DNA of 64,000 nucleotides, from IMG/VR virus record IMGVR_UViG_2974666281_000001, positions 107,176 to 171,175 of that record; one strand, 5' to 3'. The notes below the pieces were generated by a model. The model saw only the letters and a program-made list of their open reading frames with translations, was not told the origin of the DNA and searched no databases. Positions 48,865 to 57,461 of this stretch are shown one piece after another; the first letter of the stretch is position 1; each line of letters begins with the position of its first letter. The DNA comes from a virus (Duplodnaviria; Caudoviricetes). The translations under genes were made by a program, and so were the position numbers.

Positions 48865-50016
48865 ATGTCTAATATTATGGCAGGTTTTGGCGAAGGATTT
48901 GTCGAAACTCAAATTATGTCAGAAAATAATGCCGTAAGATATAAACTCTCAGTAGCTGCCGGGCTGAAAAGCTCGGCTCCTTCAAATGAATATATTTTAC
49001 TGCAGGATAAGCCATTAGGAGAACAAGGAAATTCTCCTGGGATGAATGTTCGCGAAATAAATCTTTCTACTAATACAGTTATCTCCCGCAAAATATTTGA
49101 TTTCAAAAATGGTGAACTTGTAGGAGCTAATAAAAGCTTTGTCGATTATATGACTTCACTTGTGGCTAAAGATAATACAATTATTGTACTAAGCACTGGG
49201 GATAGACTTTATTCTAGCGAAACTGTTGATAATTGGTTCAAATCTGTTGCATCTCCTAGTTGGCCAGGCACATGGATGTGCTCTAAATATCCATGTTCTT
49301 ATGTTGCGTTTTATTCAGTTCATAAGAAAAAAATCATACAAGAACACACAACTTATTCTGACGGGGTCCTTCGTGATGAAGATGTAAGAGCTCAATTAGA
49401 AGTAGTGTATGACAAGTTTGATGATATTGGAGCCACTGGATTTGTTAAAAGAGCCATAGAAGAAGCTGATGAAGCTTCTAGTGCTACCGAGTATGAATTT
49501 AAACGATATCCTTCTGGAGCGCCTATCATTGCTTCAATGAAAGACTATTCTATTACTCCTGGTTCAAAGCTTAAGGCTTCTTTTGAGCTATTTGCGGATA
49601 AAGCGCTTCTAGATTCAGGACAATCCACTAGATTAAATTTTAGATGGTTTAAAGGAAGTACGATTCTGACGTCTCAGGCTAACGAGGTGCCCATCGGACA
49701 ATCAGATAGATGGATAAAGTACGAACGATATATAGACGTTCCTGCTACTGCTGACGGCTTCACGGTAATTGCTGCTCGATATCCTCGTCAAGATACTAGT
49801 GTAGGACTAGGCGCTGTAAGAAATCTAATCCTTCTTGAAGTTTCTAGACAAGATGAAGCAATTAGTAGATCAGCTGAATTTGGTGTAAATGGTATAAGAA
49901 TGAATAAAGCTATAGATGGACAGAATAGTGAACTTCTTATTCTTCCAGACACTAAAGATGATCCATCCGGTGAAATTAGATCTGCTGAATTTAGAGAATA
50001 CGCGAAAACTGTATAA
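48865..50016 (+). CDS. 35: long tail fibre hinge gp35
   Basis: MAGFGEGFVETQIMSENNAVRYK; FGVNGIRMN. Confidence 0.93.
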   Translation: MSNIMAGFGEGFVETQIMSENNAVRYKLSVAAGLKSSAPSNEYILLQDKPLGEQGNSPGMNVREINLSTNTVISRKIFDFKNGELVGANKSFVDYMTSLVAKDNTIIVLSTGDRLYSSETVDNWFKSVASPSWPGTWMCSKYPCSYVAFYSVHKKKIIQEHTTYSDGVLRDEDVRAQLEVVYDKFDDIGATGFVKRAIEEADEASSATEYEFKRYPSGAPIIASMKDYSITPGSKLKASFELFADKALLDSGQSTRLNFRWFKGSTILTSQANEVPIGQSDRWIKYERYIDVPATADGFTVIAARYPRQDTSVGLGAVRNLILLEVSRQDEAISRSAEFGVNGIRMNKAIDGQNSELLILPDTKDDPSGEIRSAEFREYAKTV

Positions 50017-50020
50017 CATA

Positions 50021-50053
50021 GGGAGACTTCGGTCTCCCATTTTCGTATAAATA
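50021..50053 (+). terminator. UUCG terminator followed by the late promoter for gene 36
   Basis: GGGAGAC-TTCG-GTCTCCC-ATTTT, then TATAAATA at 50046-50053. Confidence 0.88.
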
Positions 50054-50077
50054 CGCTTATTAATAAGAGGACACATC

Positions 50078-50737
50078 ATGGCCGATTTAAAAGCTAGTTC
50101 TACGGTCGGAGGAGCAGTCATTTGGCACCAAGGTAATTTTCCTTTGTTCCCAGTTGGTGACTCTCTTCTGTACAAAACATTTAAGGTTTATACAGAAAAA
50201 GATAAGCCACAAGCAATAGATAATGATTTTGTTTCTAAAGCTCAAGGCGGCGAATATCTTAAAGCAGTGAATTTTGTTGAAGGCTTTGGATTCACAGATA
50301 ATAATGGATACAAGATTAAATTTGGCAAGCCAGGTTCTACCGAGCCTACTGTAAATTATTCAGCGTCTATTAAGATTGAATCACCATTTGCTTTCGAAAC
50401 TAGTGAAAATAAACCATTTATTATTTTTGACCCAAGTCAGGATTTAAGCAATCCACGTTTGACAGTTATGGGTAAAGTTATTGCTGGAGAGGTTTGGGAT
50501 TCTAATACAAGAGTCTTTAGTCCGGCTAACCCACCTACTCCTACAGATGTAAGTCTTGGTAATGTAACTAATGACAAACAGGTCAAGATAAATACTACTG
50601 ACTTACAGACTATGAAAGGTGAGCTTCGAGCCCCTAATATGTCTAGTGAAAATCCGGCAATTGAGCCGAACCAATTAACTCGATACGACCAAACGGTTCT
50701 TCGAGATGCAGACCAAGATTTCGGCTATTACAGCTAA
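50078..50737 (+). CDS. 36: long tail fibre distal connector gp36
   Basis: MADLKASSTVGGAVIWHQGNFPL...QDFGYY. Confidence 0.95.
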   Translation: MADLKASSTVGGAVIWHQGNFPLFPVGDSLLYKTFKVYTEKDKPQAIDNDFVSKAQGGEYLKAVNFVEGFGFTDNNGYKIKFGKPGSTEPTVNYSASIKIESPFAFETSENKPFIIFDPSQDLSNPRLTVMGKVIAGEVWDSNTRVFSPANPPTPTDVSLGNVTNDKQVKINTTDLQTMKGELRAPNMSSENPAIEPNQLTRYDQTVLRDADQDFGYYS

Positions 50738-50745
50738 GAGGACAT

Positions 50746-53490
50746 ATGGCAACTTTAAAACCAATACAATTTAAAAGAAGTAAAACAGCTGGTTCAAGAC
50801 CTTTGCCTGAACAAGTATTAGAAGGTGAATTAGCCCTGAACCTCGAAGATCGTATGATTTTCACTAAAGATGATGAAGGGAATATCATTGACCTTGGTTT
50901 TGCAAAAGGTGGTCGTGTAGACGGCGATATTGTTCAGGTTGGTAATTACACTCAAACCGGGGATTACACTACTTCCGGGGACATCAATGCTAAAACTATA
51001 ACAGCTTCAGCGGGTGTAGTTTCTAATGGCGATTTAAAAGCTTCTACTGGGGTTATTAGGACTAGAGGTGGTAATAGTGGGAACGCTCATCTTTGGTTTG
51101 AAGGTGAAGAAGTAGGCCTAACTAATAATTATGAAAGAGGCGTCATGTACGCTTTACCACAAACCGCTACTGAAGGGACTATTAACCTTAGGGTTATGAA
51201 TGGTTTTGATAATAGCAAAGCCCAATCTTTATTTAGCTTCCGTGGTAACGGTGATTTTTCAGCTCCAAGAGATTTAGTATCTCAACGTGGGCGTTTTTCT
51301 ATCGAAGCTGTGGCCCCTACAATTAACACAACTCGTATTTACACAAGAGATAAACCTTGGCGGTCAAATAGCGATGAATCTTATGGGTGGTTAGATTTAG
51401 TTAATTATGTTCCTGGAGAAAACGGGGCACTAGCATTAAACTATGTCTATAAAGGTCGAGCCATGTCTGGCGGAACCATTTGGCATCAATTGGTTGATGA
51501 AAGAACCGGTCCTGAATGGGCTCTTTATACTGGTAGCGGTCCTGAAAATAAAGCTTTTGCAGTAGGGTCATCCGCAGGTAAAGGTCTCGGTAACTTCACA
51601 GGCAGTTTACATGTAGGTAATCCAGGATATTCTGCTATTGGCAATAACTCTATTACTATTGGCGAAACTAATACTGGTTTAAGACAAACTTCAGCAGGTA
51701 ATTTAGATTTCTTATCGGCTAATAATATGGCTTTCAGATTTTCTGCAGGTGAAGCCATAAACCGTTCTTATAATCGATTACACGTCCAGCATTCTGATGC
51801 TAATGGTAATGCTGTTAATCCACCAGCTAATAATGCTCAACTACAAGTAAATACTTCAGGTGATGAAAATAACGCAGGCGGAAACGGATTAACCTTAATA
51901 GGTTATTATGCTGGAGCTACAGGCGAATACAATCATTATTTCCGTGGTAAAGGTTCTGCATCTTTTGATATGCAACGTGGTATAAACATTAACCAAGGTG
52001 GCCTTAATGTTTATAATGGTTTAACGAATGTAGGCCAAATTAATTTAACAGGTTCAATGAATACTACTAACGTTCCACAAGGAACTTATAAATGGGACGA
52101 TTTGAACACTGTAGCTGCTGATGCTAAATCTTATTTACGTAGATTCCGTTCAAGAAATAACTCAACGATTTGGCATGAAACAGTCGAAGGTGGAATTTGG
52201 CGTTTATCTACTGGTTCTACTGACGCTCAAGAAGAATTACAAATTAGTACTAGTGGTATGTTTAGGGTCAGAGGGGAAGTAGTTGCTCTTGGAAATGGTG
52301 GAGCCTCTGGGACTGGAAACCATTTCCGTGCCGTGTATGGGAATTACGGATTCTTTATTCGTAATGATGGTAGCAACACTTATTTTATGTTGACTAATTC
52401 AGGCGACCAATATGGTACATGGAATAGTTTCCGTCCTTTTACTATCAACAATGTGTCAGGACGTGTTTCAATGGCTAACGGCGTTGGTATTAGTGGCGGA
52501 CTGACTGTTGCTCCAGGCATTGAATCGGAATATGTTAAAACTTATACAGGTAGTATAGGTCATGGCTCTTGGGCTTCACAGAATGATAATGAAGCAATGA
52601 TTTTCCAAAGAATTACTAGTGCTTCTACTTCTGAATACTGTCCTATTCTTAAGCAAAAATATATTGGCGGAAATAGAACTTGGTCAATAGGTACTTTGAT
52701 TAACGTAGGTTCTTTCCACATCCATATGAAAGATTCTGCTGGTAATGACAGAAACTTTGCTTTTCAACCTAACGGTGATTTTAATGGTGCTAATACCATT
52801 AATGCATCAGCTATATCTGTAGGCAGTGCTAGACTTAGTTCTATCGCTACTCCGGGTGGTGGTCAATTTGCTAATGACGGTAACGTTTATATCAATAAAT
52901 CTGGTTTTGCAGGCTGGATAGATGCACTATTTGTTAAGAAAAATGGTGATACCATGTCTAGCACTTTAAACATAAACGCGAACGGCCCGGGCATAAATAT
53001 GGACTGTCCTACAGGTGGTTCTACTTATGTTATAGGTAGGAGAAACGGTGTTAACGGATTTTATGTTGGTATGGGTGGTACTGGTAACGATGCAACGTTC
53101 CATAGTTATTTGAACAACACTACTATTAACTTACGTGCTTCAGATATCCAGTTCAGCCGTACAGTTTATGGTAATGGTGATGCAAACTTCAACAACGTTT
53201 ATATTCGTTCAGATATTCGTTTAAAACGCAACTTCAAGAAAATTGAAAATGCTTTAGATAAAGTTGATAAACTTGATGGTTTAATTTACGAGAAGAAAAA
53301 TACTCGTGAATCTACTGAATATGAAACAACTGAAGCAGGTATCATTGCCCAGACTTTACGATCTGTATTACCTGAAGCCGTTTCAGAGCATGAAGGTACT
53401 CTTAATGTTTCAGCTTCTGGGACTATTGCTCTGTTAGTTAATGCTATCAAAGAACTTAAAGCTCGTGTTGAAGAACTTGAATCAAAATAA
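50746..53490 (+). CDS. 37: long tail fibre distal subunit gp37 with C-terminal intramolecular chaperone
   Basis: MATLKPIQFKRSK...EGELALNL; SDIRLK...AGIIAQ...LVNAIKEL peptidase-S74-type tail. Confidence 0.95.
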   Translation: MATLKPIQFKRSKTAGSRPLPEQVLEGELALNLEDRMIFTKDDEGNIIDLGFAKGGRVDGDIVQVGNYTQTGDYTTSGDINAKTITASAGVVSNGDLKASTGVIRTRGGNSGNAHLWFEGEEVGLTNNYERGVMYALPQTATEGTINLRVMNGFDNSKAQSLFSFRGNGDFSAPRDLVSQRGRFSIEAVAPTINTTRIYTRDKPWRSNSDESYGWLDLVNYVPGENGALALNYVYKGRAMSGGTIWHQLVDERTGPEWALYTGSGPENKAFAVGSSAGKGLGNFTGSLHVGNPGYSAIGNNSITIGETNTGLRQTSAGNLDFLSANNMAFRFSAGEAINRSYNRLHVQHSDANGNAVNPPANNAQLQVNTSGDENNAGGNGLTLIGYYAGATGEYNHYFRGKGSASFDMQRGININQGGLNVYNGLTNVGQINLTGSMNTTNVPQGTYKWDDLNTVAADAKSYLRRFRSRNNSTIWHETVEGGIWRLSTGSTDAQEELQISTSGMFRVRGEVVALGNGGASGTGNHFRAVYGNYGFFIRNDGSNTYFMLTNSGDQYGTWNSFRPFTINNVSGRVSMANGVGISGGLTVAPGIESEYVKTYTGSIGHGSWASQNDNEAMIFQRITSASTSEYCPILKQKYIGGNRTWSIGTLINVGSFHIHMKDSAGNDRNFAFQPNGDFNGANTINASAISVGSARLSSIATPGGGQFANDGNVYINKSGFAGWIDALFVKKNGDTMSSTLNINANGPGINMDCPTGGSTYVIGRRNGVNGFYVGMGGTGNDATFHSYLNNTTINLRASDIQFSRTVYGNGDANFNNVYIRSDIRLKRNFKKIENALDKVDKLDGLIYEKKNTRESTEYETTEAGIIAQTLRSVLPEAVSEHEGTLNVSASGTIALLVNAIKELKARVEELESK

Positions 53491-53521
53491 AATAGGGGCT
53501 TCGGCCCCTTAAGGATTTATT

Positions 53522-54037
53522 ATGGCAATTGTAGGTGTTCCGGGTTGGATTGGAGAATCTGCCGCAGTAGAAACAGGCCAACGATGGATGGCTTCAGCAG
53601 GAAGTGTCCTAGGGATAGGAACTCCTTTTTGGATGAGTAGTTTAGCAGGAAAATCTAGATCATTCTTTCTTACAGTAGGTCGAAATGTTTGGACTACTCC
53701 CCTCGCCGGTGATGCAACTGATGTAGGTCATGGACTTTCTAACTATGGCTCTGTAACTATAGGTAAACTTGAAAACGCTGACGGGATCTGGGGTGGAATA
53801 ACATACTTATTGGCTTCAAGGAGTAGAGTTTCTACTAGTGCTAGTATTACCGGTAAAAACTTACCTAAAAGAAACCTTATTCTTAAGATTGGTGGAACTA
53901 ATTTTCAATTTAATTATCTTAAACAAACTATTTCAGGAACAGTATGGGAAACTTGGGGTGCCGCTGATGTTAATGGGCTTTTTAACTTTTTAAATGCTAG
54001 AGTTAACCAAAGATTAGAATGTATTCCACAAAACTAG
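53522..54037 (+). CDS. 38: gp38-type fibre-tip adhesin A (171 aa)
   Basis: MAIVGVPGWIGESAAVETGQRWM...FWMSSLAGKS is the T2-type gp38 attachment domain. Confidence 0.85.
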   Translation: MAIVGVPGWIGESAAVETGQRWMASAGSVLGIGTPFWMSSLAGKSRSFFLTVGRNVWTTPLAGDATDVGHGLSNYGSVTIGKLENADGIWGGITYLLASRSRVSTSASITGKNLPKRNLILKIGGTNFQFNYLKQTISGTVWETWGAADVNGLFNFLNARVNQRLECIPQN

Positions 54038-54055
54038 TTATTAATTTATCTTTTT

Positions 54056-54118
54056 AATAAATACAATTACCCCATTTTGATGATTTATCGTCAAAATGGG
54101 TCAAAAATTCTATTTATT
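54056..54118. repeat. long imperfect inverted repeat
   Basis: AATAAATACAATT..CCCATTTTGATGA / TCGTCAAAATGGG..AATTCTATTTATT. Confidence 0.85.
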
Positions 54119-54176
54119 CGCCGCGCGCAACGATGCTCACACATCGCCGCGCGCAACGATGCTCACACATCGCCGC
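54118..54176. repeat. GC-rich 26-bp tandem repeat (two full copies plus 7 bp)
   Basis: TCGCCGCGCGCAACGATGCTCACACA x2 followed by TCGCCGC. Confidence 0.97.
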
Positions 54177-54217
54177 TAGCGGTAGAACTGCCAGCGGCCT
54201 CTAAAGAGGATAAATCA

Positions 54218-54724
54218 ATGGCAGTAGTTAACGTACCAGGCTGGATAGGTTCATCTGCAGTCGATGTTACAGGAAAAAGATGGATGACTGAGGCTAGGGT
54301 CGCCTTAAGGCTCCCTGCAGCAGGCTGGATGTCAGAAATGGCTGGTAAATCCGTCCATATAGGCTCATTCACAATTAATATGAATACAAAGGGCGCTAGA
54401 TTTATAGGATGGAAAATAGCTACTAATTCCAATCTTTACGATTATGCAAATGGTGCTTTAGGCTCTTTCTCTGGCAATAGAGAAAATTGTGTAGGAATAG
54501 GTGCTGAACCATTTACAGGCAATAACTGCCATTTAGGCATGAGTGCTCACATGGGTGCAAAACTTAGAGCTGTTTTTAGTACTGGGCACACATATGAATT
54601 CACTTATTCTAGAACCCAAGGCGGAGTCTGGGGGTATTATGTTACTGTAGGTAATAACGCTTTTAGAGATTGGGTCAAAGCTAATGCTAACAAAAATATA
54701 ACGGTAACTATATATCAAATATAA
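54218..54724 (+). CDS. 38: second gp38-type fibre-tip adhesin B (start moved to ATG 54218, 168 aa)
   Basis: MAVVNVPGWIGSSAVDVTGKRWM...WMSEMAGKS; AGAGGA RBS. Confidence 0.85.
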   Translation: MAVVNVPGWIGSSAVDVTGKRWMTEARVALRLPAAGWMSEMAGKSVHIGSFTINMNTKGARFIGWKIATNSNLYDYANGALGSFSGNRENCVGIGAEPFTGNNCHLGMSAHMGAKLRAVFSTGHTYEFTYSRTQGGVWGYYVTVGNNAFRDWVKANANKNITVTIYQI

Positions 54725-54743
54725 ATACCTCTGTTAAAAGAGG
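54720..54743 (+). promoter_or_regulatory. late promoter for t, with a hairpin able to pair the RBS
   Basis: TATAAATA, then CCTCT-GTTAAA-AGAGG. Confidence 0.75.
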
Positions 54744-54751
54744 ACACAAAA

Positions 54752-55408
54752 ATGACAACTCCAAGAACACCTATCCCAATCGTGGATATTCTATTTGGTG
54801 TTCTGGACAGACTCTTCAAAGATAATGCCACTGGACGAGTTCTCGCATCGAGAGTTCTTACAGTGGTTATTTTGTTCATTTTATGCCTGATTTGGTACAA
54901 AGGCGATACCTTCATGGAGACTTATAAGCAGTCTCGTTATGAGACGTATGCTAAAGTTCTTCAACAGGATCGCGATGTGAAATTTGATAGCTCTGCTCTA
55001 GAACAACTTCAAATAGTTCATGTATCAAGTGGTGCAGACTTCTCAGCAGTTTATAGTTTCAGGCCTAAAAACCTTAACTATTTTGTTGATTTAGTTGCAT
55101 ATGAAGGGAGATTACCTACTTCAGTTAACGAAAAAAACTTAGGTGGGTATCCAGTAGACAAGACATCAGGAGAGTATTCAACTCATTTATCAGGTGCAGC
55201 ATTTTCATCTAATAACGAGTTTGTTTTCTTACCTACAAAGAAAAAGGACACTGAACTGAAGTACATGTTCAGTTGCCCTTATTTCAATCTAGACAATGTT
55301 TATTCAGGAACTGTTTCAATGTACTGGTATCAACCACCGATATTATCAGAAACAAGATTAAACGCTATATGTCAACAGGCCGCCCGTACTTTAGGAAGAG
55401 CAAGATAA
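54752..55408 (+). CDS. t: holin T
   Basis: FGVLDRLFKDNATGRVLASR, one TM, FSCPYFNLDN, CQQAARTLGRA. Confidence 0.97.
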   Translation: MTTPRTPIPIVDILFGVLDRLFKDNATGRVLASRVLTVVILFILCLIWYKGDTFMETYKQSRYETYAKVLQQDRDVKFDSSALEQLQIVHVSSGADFSAVYSFRPKNLNYFVDLVAYEGRLPTSVNEKNLGGYPVDKTSGEYSTHLSGAAFSSNNEFVFLPTKKKDTELKYMFSCPYFNLDNVYSGTVSMYWYQPPILSETRLNAICQQAARTLGRAR

Positions 55409-55427
55409 GGAGACTTCGGTCTCCTTT
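55407..55427. terminator. UUCG hairpin between convergent t and asiA
   Basis: AAGGAGAC-TTCG-GTCTCCTT. Confidence 0.8.
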
Positions 55428-55695
55428 ACGCGTTATGCATAGCCAGATGACGATAGATATCTTCAAAACCTTCATTGAATTCTTCTACCAAAGAAGAACG
55501 CTCATCATCATTAAGCCCGTCAATCATCTTCTTGAAATTAGCAAGATTTAGCTCACGCCCATGCTCATTACGAAGACCTAGCTCATTCAAAAATGCAATA
55601 AAGTTTTCACGTTTTTCAAGAATATCTTCACAAGAAGTTTTAATCAGAATAGAAGCAACAGTAACAATTTCACGAACAATTTCAATCTTAGACAT
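55426..55695 (-). CDS. asiA: anti-sigma70 factor AsiA
   Basis: REIVTVASILIK...NFIAFLNELG...EEFNEGFE. Confidence 0.95.
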   Translation of the reverse strand: MSKIEIVREIVTVASILIKTSCEDILEKRENFIAFLNELGLRNEHGRELNLANFKKMIDGLNDDERSSLVEEFNEGFEDIYRHLAMHNA

Positions 55696-55748
55696 TATTT
55701 TTCCTACAGCTTAAAGGATAGTTAACTCAATAGAGCTATTCTACCACG

Positions 55749-56087
55749 TTACAGTTGAGTTGTAAACCCGTTATCTTTAGCTACGGCTTCGATGAATCGC
55801 ATTGCGCTCATAATCTGTGAAGGTGATGGAGATTTAAGCTCGAAGTCACAGTTGATTTTGTCGAGTCGACAATCTTTATATTCACCAATAGACTTAACAC
55901 AATTAAACTGGTTTATGATAGCATTCGCCGCTACGTACGCAGGAACTATGGCTGCATGTGTTCTCTTCAAACCGAACACAATACTATGAGTCGTTTTAAT
56001 GGATTCAACCATCGCTTTCTCTCGCTCATAGGCGTTACGTTCAATTTCACGCTGACTTTGGATTACATTCTCAAGATTGTGGCTCAT
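55749..56087 (-). CDS. asiA.1-like hypothetical protein (start moved to ATG 56087)
   Basis: MSHNLENVI; AAGGA RBS. Confidence 0.7.
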   Translation of the reverse strand: MSHNLENVIQSQREIERNAYEREKAMVESIKTTHSIVFGLKRTHAAIVPAYVAANAIINQFNCVKSIGEYKDCRLDKINCDFELKSPSPSQIMSAMRFIEAVAKDNGFTTQL

Positions 56088-56202
56088 CGTATTTTCCTTT
56101 ATGCTTTTGTTTACGTTTAGATTCTTGTTGTGCTTTCTTTTTATCTTTGTGAACAGAAGCACGGTTAAAATCGTTCTTAGCGACCCAATTTCTCTCTTCC
56201 AT
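56071..56202 (-). CDS. arn.1-like small basic protein (not in ORF track)
   Basis: Read by hand: MEERNWVAKNDFNRASVHKDKKKAQQESKRKQKHKGK..., 43 aa. Confidence 0.78.
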   Translation of the reverse strand: MEERNWVAKNDFNRASVHKDKKKAQQESKRKQKHKGKYDEPQS

Positions 56203-56395
56203 AGTGCTCAATAATCTCTCTTAGACAAGTCGTAGTAATTTCAAAACGTCGAGCAATACGACACTCAACGATATGTGAATCAAGTTCACGAGCATCAGTA
56301 TACCCAAGTTCAACGATAAACCGTTTAATCCTGGCTTTCTCTGAACGATTCAAGCTATTGAAATAATCAGCTTTTTTGTATATTGTTCTCGGCAT
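56177..56395 (-). CDS. conserved hypothetical protein (arn region)
   Basis: DYFNSLN...FIVELGY. Confidence 0.72.
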   Translation of the reverse strand: MPRTIYKKADYFNSLNRSEKARIKRFIVELGYTDARELDSHIVECRIARRFEITTTCLREIIEHYGREKLGR

Positions 56396-56672
56396 TGATC
56401 ACCTTCAGCTTTCGTTCAAGTTCTTTAATCATTTCTTCGTTCATAGCTTTATACATTTCAGCCAAGAAGGGTTTAGCACTACCGTTAAACGGTGAAGTAA
56501 AAGGACACACATATTCTTGGTCAAGAAGCTTCTTAATGAAAGGATGTTCAGCCATCTTGAATCCTGGGTCATTCGTATAAGTTCCCCAGTTTTCATCCAT
56601 CATTTCATTAGCTCGTTTCAGAGCTTGGATTTGATTGTTTAAAGCATCGATTTGAAGAATTTTAACGTTCAT
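56367..56672 (-). CDS. arn.2-like hypothetical protein
   Basis: NWGTYTNDPGF...YVCPFTSP...AMNEEMIKEL. Confidence 0.8.
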   Translation of the reverse strand: MNVKILQIDALNNQIQALKRANEMMDENWGTYTNDPGFKMAEHPFIKKLLDQEYVCPFTSPFNGSAKPFLAEMYKAMNEEMIKELERKLKVINAENNIQKS

Positions 56673-57106
56673 TAATAAAGGTCCTCTGAGAATAATGTGT
56701 CGAGTGGTGCACCTTTCTCACGTACGGTGTTAATCTGGTTAGCGTGAGTGGCAATGATTAAAGCATCTTTGCGATTCCAGTATTCACCCCACTGGTCAAT
56801 AAAGCCTTGGTCATCGCCATGAACGTGGTCAGTGACAACTTTATCACGAATCAAATCGATTACTTCGGCCATGTCTTTAGAATAATGACGAGAACCAGGA
56901 ATAACCACTGTTCCACCATCTTTTAATTTAAAACGGTTCGCTGCACATACGATACGTCGTTGAAGCAAACGTCCGTCCCACCAATCGGCGACCTTAAAAC
57001 AAATTTCTGGGATTTTAAGTTCTTCGACCAGTTCTTCAACTTTAGGCTCTTCAATAGCTTTAAGAGCAAAGCCTTCGCCGTCCCAATCAAGTTCCATAGG
57101 AATCAT
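56672..57106 (-). CDS. arn.3-like hypothetical protein
   Basis: QRRIVCAANRFKLKDGG...QGFIDQ...SEDLY. Confidence 0.85.
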   Translation of the reverse strand: MIPMELDWDGEGFALKAIEEPKVEELVEELKIPEICFKVADWWDGRLLQRRIVCAANRFKLKDGGTVVIPGSRHYSKDMAEVIDLIRDKVVTDHVHGDDQGFIDQWGEYWNRKDALIIATHANQINTVREKGAPLDTLFSEDLY

Positions 57107-57447
57107 TTAAACCAACCTTTAATTTTCTGCCATATTGTTTTAGGTTCACGAATACCAATCTGTTTGAGGTCTGGGGTATTATTCATGGCTTCACGCATAG
57201 CTACAGTAGCTTTTTCGGTCTTAACCTTAATAGCGTTAGGAACGAATGATGAAATCGCAGCCATGAAGTTTTCACGTTGACCTAAAAAGTCATTGCAGTT
57301 TTCGCGAATACAAACATATTGGTTGTTCATATCAGACACTCGAGCAATCTCACCAAGGTATTCGCCTTTATACCATACATCCCAAACATGTTCATTACGA
57401 CGTTCAACACAACGACGGAGTTCGTTAATGATTTCTAATTTATTCAT
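57103..57447 (-). CDS. arn.4-like hypothetical protein
   Basis: MNKLEIINELRRCVE...NFMAAISSF...IKGWFK. Confidence 0.82.
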   Translation of the reverse strand: MNKLEIINELRRCVERRNEHVWDVWYKGEYLGEIARVSDMNNQYVCIRENCNDFLGQRENFMAAISSFVPNAIKVKTEKATVAMREAMNNTPDLKQIGIREPKTIWQKIKGWFK

Positions 57448-57461
57448 GATATTTTCCTCAA

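Noticed and set aside
54118-54176. Possible mini-CRISPR array or DGR/invertase target
   Set aside because: The repeats are directly adjacent with no spacers; no cas, reverse transcriptase or recombinase gene is seen in the window; both adhesins have the same orientation.
54077-54217. 47-aa N-terminal extension of the second adhesin in the ORF track
   Set aside because: gp38 homology and the AGAGGA RBS place the start at 54218; the extension runs through repeats.
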